Source of the DNA: Paludibacteraceae bacterium
GTDB lineage: Bacteria > Bacteroidota > Bacteroidia > Bacteroidales > Paludibacteraceae
Direction of reading: 5' to 3'
Length of the DNA: 43,490 bases
Assembly (NCBI GenBank): GCA_947471245.1
Contig: CANIXM010000001.1
Span: forward strand, 1 to 43,490
Made by a program: the position numbers and the translations under genes
Notes under the pieces: model-generated
Told to the model about the DNA's origin: nothing
The model's input: the letters and a program-made list of their open reading frames with translations, nothing else
Database searches by the model: none
Shown here: piece by piece, positions 20,388 to 28,483 of the stretch
Position numbering within the stretch: position 1 is the first letter of the stretch
How the letters are laid out: every line of letters starts with the position of its first letter

Positions 20388-21785
20388 ATGAAAACAATTA
20401 TGAATAAGTTTACAAGGTATTATTTTTTAGGGGTTGGCGGTATTGGGATGAGTGCCATTGCTCGATATTACAATACCAAGGGGTTAAAAGTGGCAGGCTA
20501 TGATAGAACAGCATCTAAGTTAACTGCAGATTTGGAAGCCGAAGGTATATCGGTAATCACTTCTCAAGAGGTGGAAAGTATTCCTGCAGATTATCGATTG
20601 GCAAAAAACACAATGGTGATTGTTACGCCTGCTATTCCTGCTGATCATCCTCAGCTGAAGTTCTTCAAAGAGAATGGTTTCACCATCTTGAAGCGAGCAC
20701 AAGTGCTGGGCGATCTTACTAAGACCAGTAAAGGTATTTGCATTGCTGGCACACATGGCAAAACAACTACTTCTACCATCGTAGCGCATCTTTTATATCA
20801 ATCGCAAGTTTCATGCAATGCTTTTTTGGGTGGAATAGCCAATAACTACCAAACCAATCTGTTGCTTTCCAAAGAAAGTAATTTGGTGGTGATAGAGGCA
20901 GATGAGTATGACCGATCGTTTCACCAGTTATCTCCCTATATGGCAGTGATTACTTCAGCAGATCCTGATCATTTGGACATATACGGCACTGCAGAAGCCT
21001 TTCGTGAAAGCTTTGAACATTTTACATCGTTGATACGTCCAGGTGGGGCGTTAATTATGCGAACAGGGATAGACGTAAAGCCCATCTTGCAGAAAGGTGT
21101 GAAGCTATACACTTACTCCATGAATGAAGGTGGTGACTTCACCGCCGAGAATATTCGAACAGTAAAGGGTGAAATCCATTTTGATTTTGTTGCACCTACT
21201 GAGCGCATCAATGATGTACGTCTGGGTGTACCCGCATTGATAAATGTAGAGAATAGTGTTGCAGCAATGGCGTTGGCTTGGCTCAATGGCGTGACAGTGG
21301 ATGAATTGAGAGTAGGAATATCTTCTTTCTCAGGCATTTATAGACGTTTCAATGTTGTATATAAATCAGATAAAGTGGTGTATATTGATGACTATGCCCA
21401 TCATCCTACTGAATTGAGAGCGAGTATTGAATCTATTCGAAGCTTGTATCCCGGACGAAAGATTACTGGCGTGTTTCAGCCTCATTTGTATTCGCGCACA
21501 CGTGATTTTGCAAAAGAATTTGCAGCCGAATTGACTAAACTCGATGAATTAATACTGTTGGATATCTATCCAGCACGTGAGCAACCCATCGCTGGAGTGG
21601 ATGCAGAACTTATCATGAGCAATGTTAAACTGGATCAAAAAACTTTGTGCTCTACTGAAAAACTATTACCTTTACTAGCTGAAAAACAATTGGATGTGAT
21701 TGTAACATTTGGTGCAGGAGATATTGATAAAATGGTGCCAAAAATTAAGGATTTTCTCAAAAAGGGAATTGAAAAAGCCGATTGA
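20388..21785 (+). CDS. murC: UDP-MurNAc--L-alanine ligase
   Basis: GVGGIGMS, GTHGKTTTS, EADEYD, DDYAHHP, FQPHLYSRT; start may be 20400. Confidence 0.97.
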   Translation: MKTIMNKFTRYYFLGVGGIGMSAIARYYNTKGLKVAGYDRTASKLTADLEAEGISVITSQEVESIPADYRLAKNTMVIVTPAIPADHPQLKFFKENGFTILKRAQVLGDLTKTSKGICIAGTHGKTTTSTIVAHLLYQSQVSCNAFLGGIANNYQTNLLLSKESNLVVIEADEYDRSFHQLSPYMAVITSADPDHLDIYGTAEAFRESFEHFTSLIRPGGALIMRTGIDVKPILQKGVKLYTYSMNEGGDFTAENIRTVKGEIHFDFVAPTERINDVRLGVPALINVENSVAAMALAWLNGVTVDELRVGISSFSGIYRRFNVVYKSDKVVYIDDYAHHPTELRASIESIRSLYPGRKITGVFQPHLYSRTRDFAKEFAAELTKLDELILLDIYPAREQPIAGVDAELIMSNVKLDQKTLCSTEKLLPLLAEKQLDVIVTFGAGDIDKMVPKIKDFLKKGIEKAD

Positions 21786-21991
21786 ACTATTTTTTTATTC
21801 TCAAGGTATAGCTCTAAGATATGATCGGAGTACGAATCTTGATTTTTTTTCTCATTGAGTCATGATTTGGTTGTTATGTACGGAACGAAATATCCACTTT
21901 GTTTCTAGTTTGACATTTTTATTTAGCTTTTAGAAGCATATATCCATGCTCTTTTTTTTCAATACAGTTTTACGAATCAAGTTATATAAAC

Positions 21992-22804
21992 ATGCAACCG
22001 AAAATTAAATACATACTCATCACCATTTTTTCTGTGTTGACAGTGGTGTATTTGTTGTTTTCGATGCAGTTTTTTTCTGGGGTAAGAAATGTAAATGTTT
22101 GTAAACAGTTGCATATCAAGCTTGATGATGCTAACACTGTGAGGCTAATCAGTGAAAAGGATATTGCTCGATTGTTAGAGAATGAGCATTTGAATCCGGT
22201 GGGTAAGTCTTATTCTGTGATTCGAACTGAAAAGATTGAGCGATTTCTGAAAAGTCATCCAATGGTGAAACGAGCTGAATGTTATAAAACACCAGATGGG
22301 ATGGTCAATGTCACTGTGCTGCAACGCACGCCAAAATTCAGGGTGGTCGGTTACCAAAGTTATTACATTGACCAAGACAAGGAAAGAATGCCCATTTCAC
22401 CCAATTATGCTGCTTATATACCTGTAGTGTCAGGGAGAGTTACTTTGAGCATGGCTAAAGGGCAATTGTTTGATTTTGTGAGTTTTTTAGAAAAAAATCC
22501 GTTTTGGGATGCTCAGATTGAGCAAATTTATATACGAGATGACCTGAAAGTAGAATTGGTGCCACGCGTAGGCGATGCCATAATTTTATTGGGTAGTTTT
22601 GATAGGTACGAAGCCAAGTTAAAGAAGCTAGAAAAACTTTATACCAAAGGGTTCAATATCGTGGGTTGGAACAAGTATAAGGTGATCAATCTTGAGTACA
22701 AAGATCAAGTCGTATGTTCACGTAGTGAGTTTGTGATGCGGCCTGTAGTTTCCGATTCAGTTTCAATTGAAGTTAAAGATAGTATTATTGCAAAGAAAAT
22801 ATGA
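21992..22804 (+). CDS. ftsQ: Cell division protein FtsQ/DivIB
   Basis: N-terminal TM helix, POTRA-like region, INLEYKDQVVC; lies directly before ftsA. Confidence 0.88.
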   Translation: MQPKIKYILITIFSVLTVVYLLFSMQFFSGVRNVNVCKQLHIKLDDANTVRLISEKDIARLLENEHLNPVGKSYSVIRTEKIERFLKSHPMVKRAECYKTPDGMVNVTVLQRTPKFRVVGYQSYYIDQDKERMPISPNYAAYIPVVSGRVTLSMAKGQLFDFVSFLEKNPFWDAQIEQIYIRDDLKVELVPRVGDAIILLGSFDRYEAKLKKLEKLYTKGFNIVGWNKYKVINLEYKDQVVCSRSEFVMRPVVSDSVSIEVKDSIIAKKI

Positions 22805-24078
22805 TTTCAGATAAACAATTCGTTGCCATTGATTTAGGTGGTTCGTGTATCAGGGCTTTGGCTGCTGAGATGCAGACCAATGGAGCCATTAGAATACTTT
22901 CAGAAGAGAGTATTGAATCGGATGATGTAAAGTGTGGCATTGTAGAACAAACCGCATCTCCAAAAATCACAACGATACAGAGATACCTACAAAACAGTTC
23001 GAAAATACCCGAAATAACAATGGTGACAGTTGCTCTGGGAGCACGGACAATGAAGCAAATCCCTGTCACAGTAACCAAATTTGTGGGCAGAGAGCGAAAA
23101 GTCACACAAGAACTACTGGACGAGATGAAAATGGAATGTAAAACCTCCTTTCAACACACCAATATTTCAATTTATGATGTAATTCCCATTTCTTACGAGA
23201 TAGACAGTGTACGAGTTTTTGAACCGCTCGGCAAACAAGGCACTCAAATCATTGGAAATTATAACCTCATCGTGGGCTCCTCTCAAATTAAAGATAAGTT
23301 GGATGCTTGCTTTGTACGTACTGGCTTGGTGTTAGAACACACCCCATTAGCTGTTGAAGCCCTATCTACAGTTTTGTTGGAAGATGCGGATAGAGAAGAT
23401 GGTTGTGGATTGATCAATTTCGGTGCTTCGACAACTACTTTTGCAGCCTACAAAGAAGGAGTATTGCAGTATTTGCTAGTGGTGCCACTTGGTGCAAAAA
23501 CCATTACAAAAGACATTCAGGACTTAGGAATTAGCTTTGCAAATGCCGAAAAATTGAAGTGTATAATGGGAAATGCATTAGAGTCAAAAGTCGATGATCC
23601 TGTATATGTACAAATACCAGCTGAGATAGAAGGAAAACCACCAGTTCGTATTTCTACACAATTTATTGCCACCATCATCGAGGCAAGAATGGAAGAACTT
23701 CTACAGCCCATTGTCGATGCCATTTCATTATTGCCTTTTTCGCTGGATGCTGGAATAGTTATTTCGGGCGGCGGTGCAAAATTGACAAATATAATAGACC
23801 TCATACAATCAAAAACTGACATGCCTACCCGCTACGGAAACCATACCGAATGGTTGTCTGATGACACGGATGAAAAGTATTATGATCCTAGTTATGCACA
23901 GCTAGTGGGAACTATCATTCTTACGGATGAATACCGAAAAAATCACCCAATAGAGGAAACGGTAGCCGACCCCGAAAAGAAACCAAAAATAAAAAAAGGT
24001 GGTAAGATTAGAGAAAAAGTGTCGCAAGGGTTCTTTAATTTTTTCAGCGATGAGAATCAAATGAATCAAAATAAATAG
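22801..24078 (+). CDS. ftsA: Cell division protein FtsA
   Basis: AIDLGGS, INFGASTT, AEKLK, ISGGGAKL actin-like motifs; between ftsQ and ftsZ. Confidence 0.93.
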   Translation: MISDKQFVAIDLGGSCIRALAAEMQTNGAIRILSEESIESDDVKCGIVEQTASPKITTIQRYLQNSSKIPEITMVTVALGARTMKQIPVTVTKFVGRERKVTQELLDEMKMECKTSFQHTNISIYDVIPISYEIDSVRVFEPLGKQGTQIIGNYNLIVGSSQIKDKLDACFVRTGLVLEHTPLAVEALSTVLLEDADREDGCGLINFGASTTTFAAYKEGVLQYLLVVPLGAKTITKDIQDLGISFANAEKLKCIMGNALESKVDDPVYVQIPAEIEGKPPVRISTQFIATIIEARMEELLQPIVDAISLLPFSLDAGIVISGGGAKLTNIIDLIQSKTDMPTRYGNHTEWLSDDTDEKYYDPSYAQLVGTIILTDEYRKNHPIEETVADPEKKPKIKKGGKIREKVSQGFFNFFSDENQMNQNK

Positions 24079-24177
24079 TTTCTTAATATGCATTTTAAAA
24101 TGAGGATGAAACTGCGAGCAGGTACAAAATCCTTTTAAATTTTAAATTTCTAATTATTAATTACAAAATCACGTTAT

Positions 24178-25524
24178 ATGGGATATTTAGACGAAGGTTT
24201 ACCAATTGCATTACCAGTGGTAGACAGTACAATTATAAAAGTCATCGGTGTAGGTGGCGGTGGTGGTAATGCGGTAAACCACATGTATCGTCAGGGAATT
24301 ACTGATGTGACTTTCGTGGTGTGTAATACCGACAATCAGGCGTTGAATACTTCGCCCGTTCCCTACAAGATCCAACTAGGTGGTACCACTGCCGAAGGAC
24401 TAGGAGCTGGTGGCAAACCCGAAGTGGCCAAAATGGCTGCCGAAGAATCCATTGCTGCTATTGAAAAAATGCTTGAAGATAATACCAAAATGGTATTTAT
24501 CACTGCAGGTATGGGAGGTGGCACTGGCACTGGGGCTTCGCCAGTTGTAGCCAAAGCCGCTCATGATATGGGTATTCTCACAGTAGGTATAGTAACCATC
24601 CCATTTGCCTTTGAAGGAAATTTAAAAATTCGTCAGGCGCTGGAGGGTGTAGCCGCTCTTAGTCAGCATGTGGATGCATTGTTGGTGATAAATAATGAGA
24701 AATTGAAGGAAATACATCCTGACTTGGAACTTTCTAACGCATTTGCCAAAGCCGATGATGTGCTTACCAATGCAGCCAAAGCCATTGCAGAAATAATAAC
24801 CGTGCCTGGCTATATCAATACTGACTTTGCCGATGTGTACAGCATCATGAAAGACGGTAATGTGGCTATTATGAATACTGGTTTTGCTTCGGGTGAGAAT
24901 AGAATTACCAAAGCGATTGATGATGCATTGGTATCACCACTATTGAACACCAGTGACGTCAGTGGGGCAAGCAAGATATTGTTGAGCTTGTATTGTTCTA
25001 CTACCGACCAAATAAAAATGGAAGAAGTGGAGCAAATCCACGACTTTATGAAGAAAGTGGGCGACAATGTGCAAGTTATATGGGGTGCCAGCTTTGATGA
25101 CTCATTGGGTGAACGTGTCAAAATCACACTCATTGCCACAGGTTTTGACGTGAGTGACATCCCTGGCATGCCAAAGTCATTGGTTGAAAAACCTCAGCCA
25201 CAAACAACTTCTTCTCCAAAAGTGATACACAGTTATGAGTCTGCTCAACCAGAGCTAAGTGCTTCACCTGAACCCGAATTAACAAAACCGATAGTGGATA
25301 TGGATTTATCTTCTATTACGGAATTTGATTCAGAAGAACCCGCACCTAAACCAGATACTGACAAAGCATTCGAAATGTATTACGGAGCTGGATCAAAAGC
25401 CCCCGCCGAACCCGAACCAGAGCCCTCGCTTCCTACAATCACGCTAGACGACTTAGAAGACGAAGCCACCCTAAAAGATGTGGAGAACATACCTGCTTGG
25501 AAACGTAAATTGATGAGAGGATAA
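24178..25524 (+). CDS. ftsZ: Cell division protein FtsZ
   Basis: GVGGGGGNAV, NTD, GGGTGTG tubulin signature, NTDFAD; Pro/Glu-rich linker and C-terminal IPAWKRK. Confidence 0.99.
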   Translation: MGYLDEGLPIALPVVDSTIIKVIGVGGGGGNAVNHMYRQGITDVTFVVCNTDNQALNTSPVPYKIQLGGTTAEGLGAGGKPEVAKMAAEESIAAIEKMLEDNTKMVFITAGMGGGTGTGASPVVAKAAHDMGILTVGIVTIPFAFEGNLKIRQALEGVAALSQHVDALLVINNEKLKEIHPDLELSNAFAKADDVLTNAAKAIAEIITVPGYINTDFADVYSIMKDGNVAIMNTGFASGENRITKAIDDALVSPLLNTSDVSGASKILLSLYCSTTDQIKMEEVEQIHDFMKKVGDNVQVIWGASFDDSLGERVKITLIATGFDVSDIPGMPKSLVEKPQPQTTSSPKVIHSYESAQPELSASPEPELTKPIVDMDLSSITEFDSEEPAPKPDTDKAFEMYYGAGSKAPAEPEPEPSLPTITLDDLEDEATLKDVENIPAWKRKLMRG

Positions 25525-25552
25525 TAATACCAACCGTAGACATAAAAATAAA

Positions 25553-26005
25553 ATGGATTTATTCGATACAATTAGCAATGATATAAAAACAGCAATGATA
25601 GCGCGTGACAAAGTTGCGTTGGAGGCATTGCGTGGTGTGAAAAAAGAATTTCTTGAGGCCAAAACAGCGAAAGGTTCTGATGGAACCCTTGCTGATGAAT
25701 TGGCGGTAAAAATTCTTCAAAAAATGGTGAAGCAACGCAAAGAGTCTGCACAGATATTCACAGAGCAAAATCGACCTGAATTGGCTGAAAATGAGTTGGC
25801 AGAACTAAAGGTGATAGAGAAATATCTGCCTGCACAGATGTCTGATGCAGAACTTGAAGCGGCAGTGCAAGAAATAATTGCAACACTTGGAGCCACTGGG
25901 CCTCAAGACTTGGGCAAGGTAATGGGAGTTGCTAGCAAACAATTGGCTGGTAAGACAGAAGGTCGATTGATATCCGAAAAAGTGAAAGAAGTTTTAGGAA
26001 GATAA
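25553..26005 (+). CDS. GatB/YqeY domain protein
   Basis: DIKTAM, KQRKES, YLPAQMS, GKVMG. Confidence 0.93.
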   Translation: MDLFDTISNDIKTAMIARDKVALEALRGVKKEFLEAKTAKGSDGTLADELAVKILQKMVKQRKESAQIFTEQNRPELAENELAELKVIEKYLPAQMSDAELEAAVQEIIATLGATGPQDLGKVMGVASKQLAGKTEGRLISEKVKEVLGR

Positions 26006-26023
26006 TAATTGTTTTTTGATGTT

Positions 26024-26064
26024 AAGGAGTCTCTTGGGTGTGAATTCAAGGGGCTCTTTGTTTT
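26024..26064 (+). terminator. Rho-independent terminator closing the dcw-yqeY unit
   Basis: aaggagtctcttg...caaggggctcttt stem (with GU pairs) followed by gtttt. Confidence 0.7.
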
Positions 26065-26662
26065 ATGTCTCTATGTGGTTTAATCTCCAATTTTAGCACG
26101 CAAAATACGCAAATGGCAAAAATAAACGCTGATTTATAACCACATAGCACACATAGATACATAGCAAATCTACTATGTGTACTTTACAGGAGATATTAAC
26201 CAACCAACCTTCTATTGTCATCCTATGTACCTCTGTGGTTAAATCTCCAATGCTGGAATGCAAAATACGCAAAAACCACAAATGAACACTGATTTATAAC
26301 CACATAGACCACATAGATACATAGCGAATCTGTATTGAGATTTCGATTTATCGGAATCTACTATGTGTACTTTACAGGAGAAATTAACCAACCTTCTATT
26401 GTCATCCTATGCACCTATGTGGTAACTCTTCAATGCTGGAACGCAAAATACGCAAACGGCACAAATGAACGCTGATTTATAACCACATAGACCACATAGA
26501 TACATAGCAAATCTGCATTAAGATTTCGATTTATCGGAATCTACTATGTGTGCTTTATAGAGAAATATACCAACTTTCTATTGTCATCCTATGTCCCTAT
26601 GTGTTTAATTTTCAATGTTGGAACGCAAAATACGCAAAAGCCACAAATGAACGCTGATTTAT
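26064..26662. repeat. Tandem array of ~3.3 copies of a 160-184-bp internally palindromic unit
   Basis: Anchor (c/t)gcaaaatacgcaaa at 26099, 26259, 26442, 26624; each unit has aaccacatag..cacatagatacatag and the complementary ctatg..cctatgtggt; units 2 and 3 also carry agatttcgat-tt-atcggaatct. Confidence 0.95.
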
Positions 26663-26719
26663 TCACCTGCTTCGTACTGCAATATCTCAATCACTTCATG
26701 ATGTTTTAACCACATGTAA

Positions 26720-26805
26720 ATAGCTATTTTTGCATACAAAATCGGATTATTTTCGATTTACTGTGCAAAAATAGCTATATTTGTCCCATTAAAATATTTT
26801 AATGG
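26720..26805 (+). promoter_or_regulatory. abiE promoter with inverted-repeat operators
   Basis: Perfect 15-bp IR atagctatttttgca (26720-26734) / tgcaaaaatagctat (26764-26778) overlapping TATATTTG -7 (26776-26783); perfect 20-bp palindrome ccattaaaatattttaatgg (26786-26805) covering the ATG. Confidence 0.8.
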
Positions 26806-27446
26806 AACAAATGACAAGAAAAGACGCATTCAAGCAATTTGGAATAATCCCTTTCGATACGGCAACATTGAAGTCTTTGCTGGATGATTATAAGTCACCC
26901 AATGATAAAGTTGCGATGATGGAAAAGGACGGAGACTTGATTAGACTCAAGCGAGGTCTATTTGTGGTATCTCCCAAAATACACAACCGTCCTTTGTCTA
27001 AAGAATTAATTGCAAATCACATTTATGGCTCTTCATACGTGACTTTGCAAACAGCACTATCTTTTTATGGTTTAATTCCTGAGAGGGTACAAACAGTATG
27101 CTCAATGACTACCAAACGAAGTCGTACTTTTATTAATTCACTAGGAACCTTTGATTTTAAGACTGCTTCCATGCCTTACTACTCAATAGGTGTGCGCCAA
27201 GAAATAGTAAATGATGAATATGCATTTCTTATTGCTACTCCAGAAAAAGCACTGTGCGATATGATTATTGAATCAAGTAGATTAAAGTTGCAATCTGTCA
27301 AAGCTATGCGTAATTATTTAGAAGAGGACTTGCGTATTGATTTGACTGTTATTCCAGATTTTAATTCGCAGATTGTTGCACAATGTATAGAAGTCAGTTC
27401 AAAGAAAAGAGAACTTAGATTACTTTATAAACTACTAGAAGAATGA
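26802..27446 (+). CDS. Type IV toxin-antitoxin AbiEi-family antitoxin/transcriptional regulator
   Basis: N-terminal wHTH LIRLKRGLF, SYVTLQTALSFYGLIPE, ATPEKALCD; ATGA overlap with the downstream toxin. Confidence 0.88.
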   Translation: MEQMTRKDAFKQFGIIPFDTATLKSLLDDYKSPNDKVAMMEKDGDLIRLKRGLFVVSPKIHNRPLSKELIANHIYGSSYVTLQTALSFYGLIPERVQTVCSMTTKRSRTFINSLGTFDFKTASMPYYSIGVRQEIVNDEYAFLIATPEKALCDMIIESSRLKLQSVKAMRNYLEEDLRIDLTVIPDFNSQIVAQCIEVSSKKRELRLLYKLLEE

Positions 27447-28273
27447 ATGTATTTGACAATATGCTATCTCGTTATGAGATAAAAACGAATGAAGATTATA
27501 GCAATGCTTTACATGAGGTGATGCAACAAATTACACTTGCAGGGCTTTACAGAGGAGGTTTTTTTGAATATGCTGCTTTTTATGGTGGCACATGTCTTCG
27601 CATTTTTCATCAACTGCAAAGATTCTCTGAAGATATGGACTTTTCACTCTTACAGCCAAATAAGAATTTTAGGCTCGAAGACTATTTCACTCCAATAATC
27701 AACGAATTTGGTGCCCTAGGCCGTGAAGTGGTTATCAATAAGAAATCAAAGAAAAGCGAATCAAATATAGAATCAGCTTTCCTAAAAGATGATACAGCAA
27801 TTTATAATCTTCAGTTTAGGACAGAACGAAACATCAAAATGAAAATTGAGTTGAACGTCAATCCTCCTCTTGGATTTTCTACTGAACCGAAGCTGCTACT
27901 TCTTCCTTATTCATTTATGACACGCTGCTATACAATGCCTTGTCTATTTGCTGGGAAGATGCATGCATTGATGTATCGGAAATGGAATAACAGAGTGAAA
28001 GGGAGAGATTGGTATGATTTTGAATGGTATGTAAGAAATGGAGTTGCTCTCGATTTTGAGCATTTCTGCCAGCGCACACAACAGTTTCAAGGAATTTCTA
28101 ATGAATCAATATCTCAAGAGTTATTTAGGAAAATACTGAAAGAGAAGATAGCAGGTACAAACATAGAACAGGTAAAAGCCGATGTTAGACCATTTATTAA
28201 AGATGCTTCTGAAATGAATATCTGGTCAGTAGATTATTTCACACAACTTGTTGATATGATGAAAATATCATAG
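27443..28273 (+). CDS. AbiEii/AbiGii-family nucleotidyltransferase toxin (DUF1814)
   Basis: FYGGTCLR...RFSEDMDFS polymerase-beta NTase motif; K..A..R and KGRDWYD. Confidence 0.92.
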   Translation: MNVFDNMLSRYEIKTNEDYSNALHEVMQQITLAGLYRGGFFEYAAFYGGTCLRIFHQLQRFSEDMDFSLLQPNKNFRLEDYFTPIINEFGALGREVVINKKSKKSESNIESAFLKDDTAIYNLQFRTERNIKMKIELNVNPPLGFSTEPKLLLLPYSFMTRCYTMPCLFAGKMHALMYRKWNNRVKGRDWYDFEWYVRNGVALDFEHFCQRTQQFQGISNESISQELFRKILKEKIAGTNIEQVKADVRPFIKDASEMNIWSVDYFTQLVDMMKIS

Positions 28274-28363
28274 TACTGTGTTTTTCACATTAGAAAAACA
28301 GGATTGTGAAAAATTAAATTTACGGCTTTTTCAAAAATGCATTGACTATGAATGCTTTAAATG

Positions 28364-28391
28364 ACGAGGGTGCCTCATTGGACACCCTCGT
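28364..28391. terminator. Hairpin between convergent abiEii and tRNA-Arg/purA transcripts
   Basis: acgagggtg...caccctcgt stem 11 nt past the tRNA 3' end; a weaker IR tttttcaca/tgtgaaaaa lies at 28281-28313. Confidence 0.65.
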
Positions 28392-28402
28392 TGAAAATAT
28401 AG

Positions 28403-28476
28403 TGACCTCGGCGGGATTCTAACCCGCGACCTTCAGAACCGGAATCTGACGTTCTATACAGCTGAACTACGAAGCC
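28403..28476 (-). tRNA. tRNA-Arg (CCG), CCA not encoded
   Basis: GGCTTCG-TA-GTTC-AGCTGTATA-GAAC-G-TCAGA-TTCCGGT-TCTGA-AGGTC-GCGGG-TTAGAAT-CCCGC-CGAGGTC-A; full cloverleaf with Arg identity A20. Confidence 0.92.
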
Positions 28477-28483
28477 TTAAACG

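Noticed and set aside
13694-22804. Absence of murF, ddl and murB from the dcw cluster
   Set aside because: This reduced order is usual for Bacteroidales; no pseudogene remnants seen in the spacers.
22801-24078. FtsA with NFG instead of DIG in the phosphate-2 motif as a sign of inactivation
   Set aside because: Full-length ORF in canonical position with other motifs intact; likely ordinary lineage divergence.
26093-26281. 62-aa minus-strand ORF in the repeat array
   Set aside because: Not maintained in frame in the other repeat copies and has no recognisable motif.
26064-26662. CRISPR array
   Set aside because: Units are similar along their whole length with no unique spacers, the period is 160-184 bp, and no cas genes are present.
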